64,000 nt of DNA from the NCBI GenBank assembly GCA_964630595.1, contig CAZVVT010000001.1, positions 326,354 to 390,353 of the forward strand, in the 5' to 3' direction. How positions within the stretch are numbered: the first letter of the stretch is position 1; each line of letters opens with the position of its first letter. Made by a program: the position numbers and the translations under genes. The stretch is from an uncultured bacterium. Its GTDB lineage: Bacteria; Chlamydiota; Chlamydiia; Chlamydiales; VFKH01. Shown here piece after piece: positions 54,748-63,886 of the stretch. A model generated the notes under the pieces. It had not been told where the DNA came from and searched no databases. It worked only from the letters and a program-made list of their open reading frames with translations.

Positions 54748-56277
54748 TTACAGTTCTTCTGTAAGACCGTGCAGAAAAGCTTTATAGCTGTCTTCGTTCC
54801 AATCCAAAGCTTTGGCTTGTAATCGACCCAAATCTTCTCTTAAGGTGTCGGGAAGAGGCCGGTTATCTAAGAGATGCCTTACTATGACTTCTCTTTCTTG
54901 ATGAGCAATGGGCTCGGAAAAAAGCGCTGCCAGCATAGCAGCCGTTTCAACAAGCCTGTGTTCTGCACCGGGACTTTCTTTCGCTTGATCAAGCAGCGCG
55001 ACAAAGCCAGGTTCATGTTGATATAACCTTGTGACTCGGTTTCCTAAAAGTGCAGCCTCTTCAGGATCTGTGACAAGAGGTTTTGCTGTAGAGACATAAG
55101 GTGGTGCGGAGGGAGGAGGCGTCTCCTCTTCAGCAACAAAAGGAACGGGCGGGGCACTGGGCGTTGGAGGAGGGACTACTTCAGCTCTCAGGGCAACAGC
55201 GGGTGGCTCTGCATCCGATGCGACTGAGATCTCGGAGAGCGTAGGAGAGCCGCTCGGTACTGGAGGAGGAACTACCTCAGCACGTGGAGAATCAACATCG
55301 GGCGGCACAGCATCTGACACAAGTGAAGCCTCAGAGGGAACGGGAGAGCCGCTCGATACTGAAGGCGGCGCTTCAGCATGCGGAGCAGCGGTGATGGGCC
55401 TTACGGGGCCCTTATCTTTATTGCGAATAATTGCGTCATATCGAAGCGCTAATGCATGCAAATCTTTCCTGAATGCCGCATCTACACGATGCCAATTTGT
55501 ACTATATGATATGGCTTCTCGATAGTCTGTAGCTACACCGGCATCAATACTGTTGTAACCGTTTGTCTCTAAGCGATTGAGAACTTCCTCTAAATTATGA
55601 TATAGCCGCGATCTTAGATCGATCCTAGCCTGCTTATCTTCAGGGTAACTCTCATGATACGCTCGCAAACCCCCATTTCTTACTATTAGACCTGGAATAC
55701 GTCCGTCTACATACCTCGCCACCTCGCCAGCCTCACGATCAATCTCCCTTTTCCCCGCACGAAAAATACATGCGACGGCTCTGTCATTAATAGAGTCGAT
55801 ATCTTTCCACAACATTGCATCATCTCTGCTGCGACAAGATGCCAGTTTTCTAACAACTCTATTCGAGCACTCTTGCATGAGACCGATATTAGCATCGCTG
55901 GGATCTGCTTCTAAATTACGTAAAGCATGTTCAGCAAGCGCTACGTCGCGCTCCAATTCGAGTTGCCAGATCGTTGCCTCATGAGCTTTCGGGTCGATCT
56001 TTTTTAAAGCTTGTACGTAGTTGTCAAGTTTGCCTTGCAGTTCCTTAAGACCGGCAGTAGCACCCCCAGCAGTCACATGACCTTTAAGTTTTGTAAGAAC
56101 TGCTTTTGCATCTTGATGAAGAATAGCAGTAACACCTGGATCCGGCGCTTGGCTTCCCAAAAAAGAGACCTTTTTCATGCCAAGACGCCCCTCTGCAAGC
56201 GTAAGCTTGGCTCTGGGACTGCTTAAGTATTCTTTAATAGTGGCGTGATTATCATCGGGTGTGGGGACAGTACTCAT
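54748..56277 (-). CDS. Orphan putative effector with Pro/Ser-rich tandem repeats and two PSAP motifs
   Basis: 509-aa ORF; helical N-terminal half; repeats (R)AE..PP.V.SGSP..SE.S..SDA.PP. Confidence 0.7.
   Translation of the reverse strand: MSTVPTPDDNHATIKEYLSSPRAKLTLAEGRLGMKKVSFLGSQAPDPGVTAILHQDAKAVLTKLKGHVTAGGATAGLKELQGKLDNYVQALKKIDPKAHEATIWQLELERDVALAEHALRNLEADPSDANIGLMQECSNRVVRKLASCRSRDDAMLWKDIDSINDRAVACIFRAGKREIDREAGEVARYVDGRIPGLIVRNGGLRAYHESYPEDKQARIDLRSRLYHNLEEVLNRLETNGYNSIDAGVATDYREAISYSTNWHRVDAAFRKDLHALALRYDAIIRNKDKGPVRPITAAPHAEAPPSVSSGSPVPSEASLVSDAVPPDVDSPRAEVVPPPVPSGSPTLSEISVASDAEPPAVALRAEVVPPPTPSAPPVPFVAEEETPPPSAPPYVSTAKPLVTDPEEAALLGNRVTRLYQHEPGFVALLDQAKESPGAEHRLVETAAMLAALFSEPIAHQEREVIVRHLLDNRPLPDTLREDLGRLQAKALDWNEDSYKAFLHGLTEEL
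55160..55385 (-). repeat. Degenerate ~96-99-bp tandem repeat (about 2.3 copies) inside the ORF
   Basis: ggagagccgctcg(g/a)tactg occurs twice and actac(t/c)tcagc twice at similar spacing. Confidence 0.75.
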
Positions 56278-56431
56278 AATACTGCATTTATCACGGGCTA
56301 ATTTTTATTTACAGTGAATACTAACTTGCTGGTTGACGGCGAGAAAATCTGAGATGGTGTAAACAGGTTCCCCATTAACCCAAAAAAACACTTGGACTGC
56401 ATCTAAGAAGGAGAACTATAAAAAAGTAGAA

Positions 56432-56509
56432 ATGACCGGGCTATTTTGTCGAATTGACGATTTCTGCAACAGATCAAGGAAAGAACATCGTCCACTGCAA
56501 AGATGTTAA
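56432..56509 (+). pseudogene. IS982-family transposase N-terminal relic
   Basis: MTGLFCRIDDFCNRS resembles the (I/L)FCxxDDFC start of IS982 transposases; stops after 25 codons. Confidence 0.5.
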
Positions 56510-56551
56510 CGACGTGATGAAAAAACTTGGCTTGTAAGCACTTGTTTTTGT

Positions 56552-56890
56552 TTAAGGACGGCGAAATCGACCCGCGACCGCTGTGACAACATCGCTGGCT
56601 ACGTTGAAGACTGTCCCGGCAGCACTCACAACAGCTTTCACAGCGCCTCTTACAGAAAGACCTGCTGGATCAGAGGGAGCTGTAGCGGGATCCATTGCAG
56701 CAATTCTGGCCGCCCAGTCATCGGCCCAGTCTTTAGGAATGCTTCCCGCCCTTTGCAATCGACGAATCTCGCTGACGGTCAACTCTATTGCTGTGATCCT
56801 ATCTACGGCATCATCTACGCGTTGTTTGAAGGCGGCAAAGGTGTATGCAGTCGTGCCTCCACCCGCTCCGGACCGTATAGCTCCAGCCAT
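56552..56890 (-). CDS. Small hypothetical protein
   Basis: 112-aa ORF with GGAG RBS; amphipathic C-terminus; hairpin-like sequence downstream (56521-56549). Confidence 0.55.
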   Translation of the reverse strand: MAGAIRSGAGGGTTAYTFAAFKQRVDDAVDRITAIELTVSEIRRLQRAGSIPKDWADDWAARIAAMDPATAPSDPAGLSVRGAVKAVVSAAGTVFNVASDVVTAVAGRFRRP

Positions 56891-56950
56891 GACTTTCTCC
56901 CATGGATAAATTTCCCATAAAGATAAGAGATGTTTGTTTTTTCGCTCGAG

Positions 56951-59900
56951 TCAAAACACAAGTTGCGCAGTGAGTTCGCCGGTCTGCGAGAAGAAATGGT
57001 CGCCCCATTGGAGGCTATAGCCGGAAGAGATCGTAAAGTTGCCCCCTTCAACAACCGTGATGCGCGCGCCGGGGTTAATGAACTGTTGCACCTTATCCCA
57101 GACCTCTACAGCAAAGAAGGGATCATAGCCGCGAAAGTGGGACTTTTGATAGGGACGATAGATGGGCAATTCTTGCACCCAAGCGAGGTAGACTTCGGGA
57201 GACCAGCAGCCTCTGATGGTGGGAAGATTTTGGCGCAGCGACCAACCCGCTTCAGAGATGATTGTGGAGCCATGTTGCCCATATACTTGGAGAGCTAAGT
57301 CGCCTGCTGTGCTCGCCGTTTCTTGAAAAGAGTGTTGATAGAGATTGCTGAACGTGAGGTTGATATAGGGCTCTAGTTCCATCGCTCCTTTTTGAAACGT
57401 TGCCGAGGCTTCCAGCTGCGCGATGACTTCAGTGCCGTAGTGCTGACCAAAAGCGTTTCGATTCACCGTGGTGAAGTCGATGTGACGCTTGGAGTGAATA
57501 CTGTCGCGGCCTACAAGCGCTGCCAGTCCGAGGTGATACATCCCGCGGTTGTAATCGCCGAATAACCCGAGATGCCAGCAGTTCATATTGGCCTGCCCAC
57601 GCCCCTCTTCCCACCGAATATTGCGCTTGGTGTAAGCCAGAGCCGAACCGCAATGCCAGTAGCGAGAGACGGGGGCATCTATGCCCGTGACAACACCGGA
57701 AACGCCTGTTTGGAAACCCACCTGCTCTTGTGCAATTTTCTGGTGAAAGGTCATGCCGAAAGGCTTCAACCACAGATCAATCCCCTCTCTTTGTGTGCAC
57801 TCTTTTTTGTGATGCAGCAGCGAAGCGATCTCGACTCCAATGTGGGCCGTCATCTCATTGTAGGCACTATATTGGTTAGCCGCCATCTTCTCTAAACTAT
57901 GCTGGATGGTGGGACCATCACTTCCTGCAAAAGTAGCAATCACATTGTATAGATCAGAGCCGACTGCGATGGAGAGCACACTTAAATTGCGATAGACAGC
58001 ACGCGCAATTTGCGTGGTGAGATCAATGCCCGTCAGAATGGGAGAGCTGCCCGAGAGATTCAAATAGACCGTATTACCAACAGTAGTCACCGTGAAAGAA
58101 AGGGAAGGAACCGTGGAAGTGATCGCTGAAAAAGCTCCTGCCTGCACACCTCCAAAGACAATGATGGGATAACTCGTACCGGGAAGATAAAACCCTGCGT
58201 CCGGCTGCACCGCCAATGTGCCGCCTAAGGTGGCATTGCCTGACACAATGAACTTGTCATTTGTTGTGGGGGTGATTTCCATCTCCGTTGTTGAGCCGGC
58301 GTTCAACAAGAGATTGCCATTGACCTGGATCGTTCCAATCGAATTGCCCGGTCTCACCGTTCCCGACACTGTCAAATTCCCCGTGGTGGCATTCCCTTTT
58401 AGCGTTGCCCCTGCAGCGACAACAACCGGTCCAGCCAAAGTGCCGTTGAGAACCACCGTTCCCGCATTGACATTGGTCGTTCCTAAAAAACCTGTGGAAA
58501 CACCCGTCAGAGTATAGACCGCTCCACCGTTCTTATTCAGTGTACCACCAGCAGCTCCTGTAAAAACACCCGTCATGCTCGCATCAGAGGTAATCGCCGT
58601 TGTCAGCGTGTTACTGCCAATGACTGCCGTACAACCACCACTCAATATCCCAATGCTTTGCGCTGCTGCAGCACCACTGATACTAAACGTTGTTCCCGTA
58701 GAAGTGGTCACATTGCCCCCTGAGGGCATAATGCCGGCACCGGTAACGGTTAACGTGCCTCCCGTAAGGATTGTTCCACCGCTGTACGTATTGACCGCCG
58801 AAACCGTCAAACCGCCCGCTGAACTCTTTGTGAGCGCAGCGCCAGCGCCGGAAATCACACCGGAGTCAGAGTAAGTAGCTCCAGAAGAGACATCGATAGT
58901 TCCCGCTGTCGTCAGCCCAATGGTTTTTGTCGTCGATGTGGTTGCCGTCACTTGCAGAGTAGTGCCGGAGGCCATGGCAATAGATGCGCCCGTTCCCAAC
59001 TGATCATCGTTGGAAATGCTAATCATGCCCGCATTGAGCGCCGTGTTGCCATCGTAGGTACTCGTTGCACTAAAGGTGAGTGTCCCGGCACCATTTTTCG
59101 TCAGCCCCGTACCACTTGTAATAGCCAGCGTTCCTGTCAACGTAACGTCGCCCGTGTTCGTCAATATCCCACCAATTAAATAGATATCTGACCCCTTAGC
59201 ATTTGCAGAAGTACCTCCCGTGCCACCACCGCCGGCGGCTCCGGCACTAACGCTACTGCCCGCAAAACTGCACCCTGAACCAATAGTGATTGTCCCGCTG
59301 TTCTGAATAAAGAGCGCGCCTCCCAGCCCACCTCCACCACCTCCACCGCCGCCAACAGACCCGTTTCCAGACTTGCCCGTACCGCCTTCCGTACCTCCGG
59401 CACCACCGGCACCAGAACCCAGTCGCGATCCGCCACCACCACCGCCGCCAAAACCGCCTGCACCCCCTACTGTAGGACTCGATGCGATGGTGGATCCAGC
59501 TCCACCTCCTCCTCCCCCGAATCCTGAACTGGCACTGCCTCCCGATGCACCTTTGGCAACGGCAACGTTTCCACCACCACCACCGCCGCCACCATAGAGT
59601 CCACCACTACCACCCGCACCCGCCGAGCGAGAAGCAGAGACACTGCTGTTGGGACCGCCGCCGCCACCACCACCAAACTTTCCGCCATTACCACCAGCGC
59701 TCGAATCAAGGGTAGTGTTTGAAGAGCCACCACCACCGCCACCACCACCGCCCCAAGGCCCTCCATTACCTCCCGGAGCTGTGCCCGCTGCAGTATTTCC
59801 ATGGCTACCGCCACCACCTGCTCCACCGGTACCATCACCTCCAGCAGTACCTGCTGCTGTCGAGCCGGCCCCAATGACTCCGCTCAATCCAGCTCCGCCA

Positions 59901-60769
59901 TCACCCCCATTGCCCCCCGACCCAGCGCTACCGTCTGAAGTCGTGCCATCATTAGCCGATCCACCACCGCCACCACCGCCACCACTAGATCCTGACTGCC
60001 CACTACCGCCTGCCGCAAAACCGCTGCCCCCAAAAAGATTTCCACCACCACCAGCGTTTCCCCCACCTACAGCAGAGGTATTACCACCACTTGATCGAAA
60101 ACCGCCACCGCCGCCGCCAGAAGAAAGTGCAGTAGTCGACGCACGGCCCCCTGTGCCTCCACCAAAACCACCCCCACCAGAACCACCCCCAACCGTACTA
60201 CTTCCCGTAGCCCCAGTCCCACCCACAGCACTGTTGGTGGATAGGGTAACATTGGAAATCGTGAGAGCGCCTGAATCACTGACAAAAATGGCTCCACCAC
60301 CGCCCAGCGCTCCACCACCACCCGTCGTCCCGGCATTCGTACTGGACCCGCCCGTGCTCTTACAGTTTTGCAGTGTCAATCCAGTGATCGAAACGGTAAT
60401 TGTACCCGTAGGAGCCGCCGTCAAACTCGAAGCAGAACTAGAGCTAATAAAGAAAGCTTGGTTCGTGGAATTACCATCAATTGTATTACCATTTCCTGTA
60501 ATAGTAATTGATTTATTGGCACCTGCCATCTGCGCATTACTCAATATGGGCAGCGCACCTGTTGTGAGTGTGATGTTGGCAAGACCTGCATTGAACGTTA
60601 CCGTGTCGCTGGCATCTGTGCTGGTCGTCAGCATCTGGGTTAAGCAATAGCGTAGCGAGCCGGTAGTGCCGCTACCATCCGAGGCGCTATCCGTTGCTCG
60701 GTCAACCGTATAATCGACCGCTTCAAGCAGGGAGACACAGAGTAAGCCTGCAATAAAGGCATATCTCAT
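56951..60769 (-). CDS. Type Va autotransporter with Gly-rich passenger and passenger-associated (PATR-like) repeats
   Basis: Signal peptide; GSLRYCL; GGAIF/GGALF; LTKNGAGTLTF...Y.G.T....G repeats; PGNSIGT; C-terminal beta-barrel ending in F. Confidence 0.9.
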   Translation of the reverse strand: MRYAFIAGLLCVSLLEAVDYTVDRATDSASDGSGTTGSLRYCLTQMLTTSTDASDTVTFNAGLANITLTTGALPILSNAQMAGANKSITITGNGNTIDGNSTNQAFFISSSSASSLTAAPTGTITVSITGLTLQNCKSTGGSSTNAGTTGGGGALGGGGAIFVSDSGALTISNVTLSTNSAVGGTGATGSSTVGGGSGGGGFGGGTGGRASTTALSSGGGGGGFRSSGGNTSAVGGGNAGGGGNLFGGSGFAAGGSGQSGSSGGGGGGGGSANDGTTSDGSAGSGGNGGDGGAGLSGVIGAGSTAAGTAGGDGTGGAGGGGSHGNTAAGTAPGGNGGPWGGGGGGGGGSSNTTLDSSAGGNGGKFGGGGGGGPNSSVSASRSAGAGGSGGLYGGGGGGGGNVAVAKGASGGSASSGFGGGGGGAGSTIASSPTVGGAGGFGGGGGGGSRLGSGAGGAGGTEGGTGKSGNGSVGGGGGGGGGLGGALFIQNSGTITIGSGCSFAGSSVSAGAAGGGGTGGTSANAKGSDIYLIGGILTNTGDVTLTGTLAITSGTGLTKNGAGTLTFSATSTYDGNTALNAGMISISNDDQLGTGASIAMASGTTLQVTATTSTTKTIGLTTAGTIDVSSGATYSDSGVISGAGAALTKSSAGGLTVSAVNTYSGGTILTGGTLTVTGAGIMPSGGNVTTSTGTTFSISGAAAAQSIGILSGGCTAVIGSNTLTTAITSDASMTGVFTGAAGGTLNKNGGAVYTLTGVSTGFLGTTNVNAGTVVLNGTLAGPVVVAAGATLKGNATTGNLTVSGTVRPGNSIGTIQVNGNLLLNAGSTTEMEITPTTNDKFIVSGNATLGGTLAVQPDAGFYLPGTSYPIIVFGGVQAGAFSAITSTVPSLSFTVTTVGNTVYLNLSGSSPILTGIDLTTQIARAVYRNLSVLSIAVGSDLYNVIATFAGSDGPTIQHSLEKMAANQYSAYNEMTAHIGVEIASLLHHKKECTQREGIDLWLKPFGMTFHQKIAQEQVGFQTGVSGVVTGIDAPVSRYWHCGSALAYTKRNIRWEEGRGQANMNCWHLGLFGDYNRGMYHLGLAALVGRDSIHSKRHIDFTTVNRNAFGQHYGTEVIAQLEASATFQKGAMELEPYINLTFSNLYQHSFQETASTAGDLALQVYGQHGSTIISEAGWSLRQNLPTIRGCWSPEVYLAWVQELPIYRPYQKSHFRGYDPFFAVEVWDKVQQFINPGARITVVEGGNFTISSGYSLQWGDHFFSQTGELTAQLVF

Positions 60770-60797
60770 AACACAAGGAGGTATACACCTTTATTGA

Positions 60798-61565
60798 TCA
60801 ATTAGCTGCAATAAAAAAGACCCGTGTGTTGCCTGCTGAAACAGTGCTCCCGTCAGGGAAGGTATATCCCAGGGCTGACCAGACGACTGTGGGGCGGTAA
60901 AAAGTGCCGGGAGTGCTGTACTCGCTCTTCTCAATCGCAGGAAAATACCAATCGTCATAAATGACGAATAAGAAAAGCCCATTGGATGAGTAGTTTGCCA
61001 ATGTTTGCAACCGCGCTCTTGCCTGAGCTCTGCTATGACTGGTAGCGATGGCATGGCTGGCATCAATCTCTGCATTAAAAAATCCCACCTCAGGATGTTT
61101 CAGATGAACAGAGTCATAACGGGTAACGCCATAAGCGCTCAATGTGACAGCTGGGTTCAGCTGCGTATAATCCCCTGCGACGGTGGCAATGGTGACCGAG
61201 TTGTATCCTTGAGCTGTTGCATAGGTTTGCAATTTACTTGCAGCATAGGTGGCGTCATCGGCAACAAAATCATTGATGTGAAAAACGCCTGTGGTTCCGT
61301 ACAGAGTCACCAGCCCATCTAACGTATCATAGAGCACCGTGTAGGGATCGAGGTACTCAGTAGTCACATCTACTTCAGACTCTGGATCGGCGATCGAAAA
61401 ACTCCCCGCCACTCCGCTGGAAACAGTCATCACAAATTCCTTAATCGCAGAAGCAGCGTAAACGCCCTTTGCTCCATAATTTCCTGCCCCTAACTCAAGA
61501 TGCGTCCACAGCCCAAAAAGCGAGGGGCTCAACAGCAGCAAGCACACAACGATGGTTTTTTTCAT
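60798..61565 (-). CDS. Secreted hypothetical protein upstream of the autotransporter
   Basis: Signal peptide MKKTIVVCLLLLSPSLFG; GGAG RBS; Tyr/Thr/Ala-rich. Confidence 0.75.
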   Translation of the reverse strand: MKKTIVVCLLLLSPSLFGLWTHLELGAGNYGAKGVYAASAIKEFVMTVSSGVAGSFSIADPESEVDVTTEYLDPYTVLYDTLDGLVTLYGTTGVFHINDFVADDATYAASKLQTYATAQGYNSVTIATVAGDYTQLNPAVTLSAYGVTRYDSVHLKHPEVGFFNAEIDASHAIATSHSRAQARARLQTLANYSSNGLFLFVIYDDWYFPAIEKSEYSTPGTFYRPTVVWSALGYTFPDGSTVSAGNTRVFFIAAN

Positions 61566-61660
61566 ACATCTTCTCCGACGGAAAACGTTATACCACTGCT
61601 GGGAAATTATTTGCTCTCAATGTTGGAAATTATTTTTACTACTCTTATAATAGTTCCCCT

Positions 61661-62695
61661 ATGTTCTTTACTAATACGGTGTCAAGTTGGGTATCTTGGG
61701 GTACGCAATATCTCTGTCCTAGGAGAGAGCGCAGCGAAAGAGGCCAGGAGAGCTTATGCAAGAGAATCTTGAAGCTAACTCCTCTGATTCTCTTGGCTCA
61801 TCCAGCACAATCGGCTCCCGTTTACTGGAGGGACGACAAAACAGATCCCAGAGGTCCCTCGACTTTTACGTCCATTAACTACTTTGGGGTTTCTTCTGGT
61901 CTTTACGTCAACCACACCATTCCTGACGCCTTTAACACTGCACTGGGTCGCCTTTCTGATGAACGCCTTTCTCGCTTAGTCGGTGTCGATGCAACCACGC
62001 AGGATTTTCCCTTGCCCCCTACAACCATCACTCCTATGCATGTGCGACAAGTGGATCACTTACCTCGAGGAGATCAGCAGATTTATGGAGAGGGAGGTGG
62101 CAGCGATCGACAGCCCTTCGTAATGCGATTTCCAAGAGGGATAACTCCCAAAAGCGCTCTGCACTCTATTCTTCATAGCAGCAACCGCTGTCTCATTCTC
62201 TTGAAAGTCGACACTGTAGAATTAAGTCTTGCTCACGCGATATACAACCTATACCGAGCAACAATGGCGAGCAATCCAGCGCTCGTCATGCGTAAAGTCA
62301 AAAGCCTGCCCGATGACAGCGCACTTCAAGTGTATGGTGAATCCGCTCCTTGCGAGGAGCTACCGACAGCCTTGACGCAAAGCCCTCTCAAAGTTCGGAT
62401 CCTAGGCAGTCGCTTTGTTACCTCCACAATTACAGGAGCTACTGTGGTAGAAGCCGTAAGAAAAGCTTTTGCTGAGATCTTTTTTGCTCGAGCTACAGCA
62501 CCCTGCTTTCAAATTCTTCGCGTAGAAATCGATGCAATGGAGAGAATCTCTTATGCGGAAGCAACAAATCTTTTTGCTCAAATGAAGCACAGCATGCATC
62601 CCGCTATTGTAATGCGCGGCGCTCATCCCGTCGACCCTACCTCCGATCTGCAACCCCTCGTTGGCCTCAACATGGAAGGGTTTTACTGCGACTAG
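61661..62695 (+). CDS. Hypothetical protein
   Basis: 344 aa from ATG 61661, preceded by TATAAT; no recognisable family. Confidence 0.6.
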   Translation: MFFTNTVSSWVSWGTQYLCPRRERSERGQESLCKRILKLTPLILLAHPAQSAPVYWRDDKTDPRGPSTFTSINYFGVSSGLYVNHTIPDAFNTALGRLSDERLSRLVGVDATTQDFPLPPTTITPMHVRQVDHLPRGDQQIYGEGGGSDRQPFVMRFPRGITPKSALHSILHSSNRCLILLKVDTVELSLAHAIYNLYRATMASNPALVMRKVKSLPDDSALQVYGESAPCEELPTALTQSPLKVRILGSRFVTSTITGATVVEAVRKAFAEIFFARATAPCFQILRVEIDAMERISYAEATNLFAQMKHSMHPAIVMRGAHPVDPTSDLQPLVGLNMEGFYCD

Positions 62696-62721
62696 AAAGC
62701 AGCACCCGCAGTCAAATGCAA

Positions 62722-63504
62722 TTATTTGTGCCCACTGCCACGTAAGCTACTGTGCGGCAGCTGAGAATCACTGCACACCTTGTCAGCTTCTGCTTTACAA
62801 CTCTCGAGATCTTTTTTGTCCCCGATCCCACCATGTTCTGCATCGCAAGAGGCCTCCACTGCCGCTTTGCACTCGACTTTGACGCACTCACTGATGGCTG
62901 TTTTGGCTGCAAAATAATTCTCTGGATGAGGATGCAACTTAGAACAATCTATCCTCAAAGAACTCATAACAACAGGTCTTTTTCTTCCTATCCGAGGACT
63001 GCTACTGCAAACCTCTTCCACCCCTTCACGACATCTGTAGAAGTATTCTCGATCCTTTTTGCCCGATTGAACAAAATCGCTTGTACACTCCTCAATCCCC
63101 CTCAACACACACCTGCTCCTCAGACACTCCGCCACTTTTTCTGCTTCTAAAGCCGTACATGCAAGCCCTCCCGGGCCAATCAGCTCCGTCATTCTTGCTA
63201 TATCTGGAGATTCAAAAGGAAACGACAAGGGGCTTATACGACTGATCGGAACAAGAGAAGACCGATTCGCCAAATCAGCCCCTATAACAGCTACACCACC
63301 CGCGCTCGAAATAACCAACGCCCCAACAACTACAACCTTCCAATGACAACAAGCCCCCTTTATAGCATCCCTCAGCACACAAACAGCACGCCCACACCAT
63401 TGAACTACATCGACTCTTGATGGTGTATGCTCACATGCTGTTTCTAAAGCTCGCCTTACTATTTCTAATAGATACACGTACCTATTATAGCAATAAATCA
63501 ACAA
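62722..63504 (-). CDS. Single-TM protein with two Cys-rich repeats (start uncertain)
   Basis: TM VVVVGALVISSAGGVAVIGA; two copies of EC-x4-C-x7-C-x15/17-C-x7-CS. Confidence 0.65.
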   Translation of the reverse strand: MLIYCYNRYVYLLEIVRRALETACEHTPSRVDVVQWCGRAVCVLRDAIKGACCHWKVVVVGALVISSAGGVAVIGADLANRSSLVPISRISPLSFPFESPDIARMTELIGPGGLACTALEAEKVAECLRSRCVLRGIEECTSDFVQSGKKDREYFYRCREGVEEVCSSSPRIGRKRPVVMSSLRIDCSKLHPHPENYFAAKTAISECVKVECKAAVEASCDAEHGGIGDKKDLESCKAEADKVCSDSQLPHSSLRGSGHK

Positions 63505-63835
63505 TTATCGTGTTGCGTATTTATCTGGAAGGAATTGGAAGGGTGTGCGCCAAGAAAGGCCCGAAGCTATCGATCATAGACAGATTCGCATGCATCACTT
63601 TCCGGAACGTCTTCCGGAAGCTTATTTTGCCGAGATTTTTGCGAATCCAGAACATGAAAAAATTATCTTGGTGCGCGATTTGCGCGATGTCTGTGTATCG
63701 GCACTCTCCAAGACAACTTCTTTGGCCACACAAACACCTTTCGCAAGGGACAAATCGGCAGCTGGAGAGAGACTTTTACGCCTGAACACGAAGAGCTTTT
63801 TTCCGCTTCTTTTGGCCTACTCAACCAAGCTTTAG
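63497..63835 (+). pseudogene. Sulfotransferase-domain fragment
   Basis: KIILVRDLRDVCVS matches the 3'-phosphate-binding motif; no 5'-PSB (KxGT) motif in frame; short. Confidence 0.5.
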
Positions 63836-63886
63836 GCTACTCGAATTAACAACTTGAGTCTCAGGGAAAAGGCCCTAGAAATAGTT

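Noticed and set aside
59649-60650. 333-aa poly-proline ORF on the + strand
   Set aside because: Antisense shadow of the GGN-rich autotransporter passenger.
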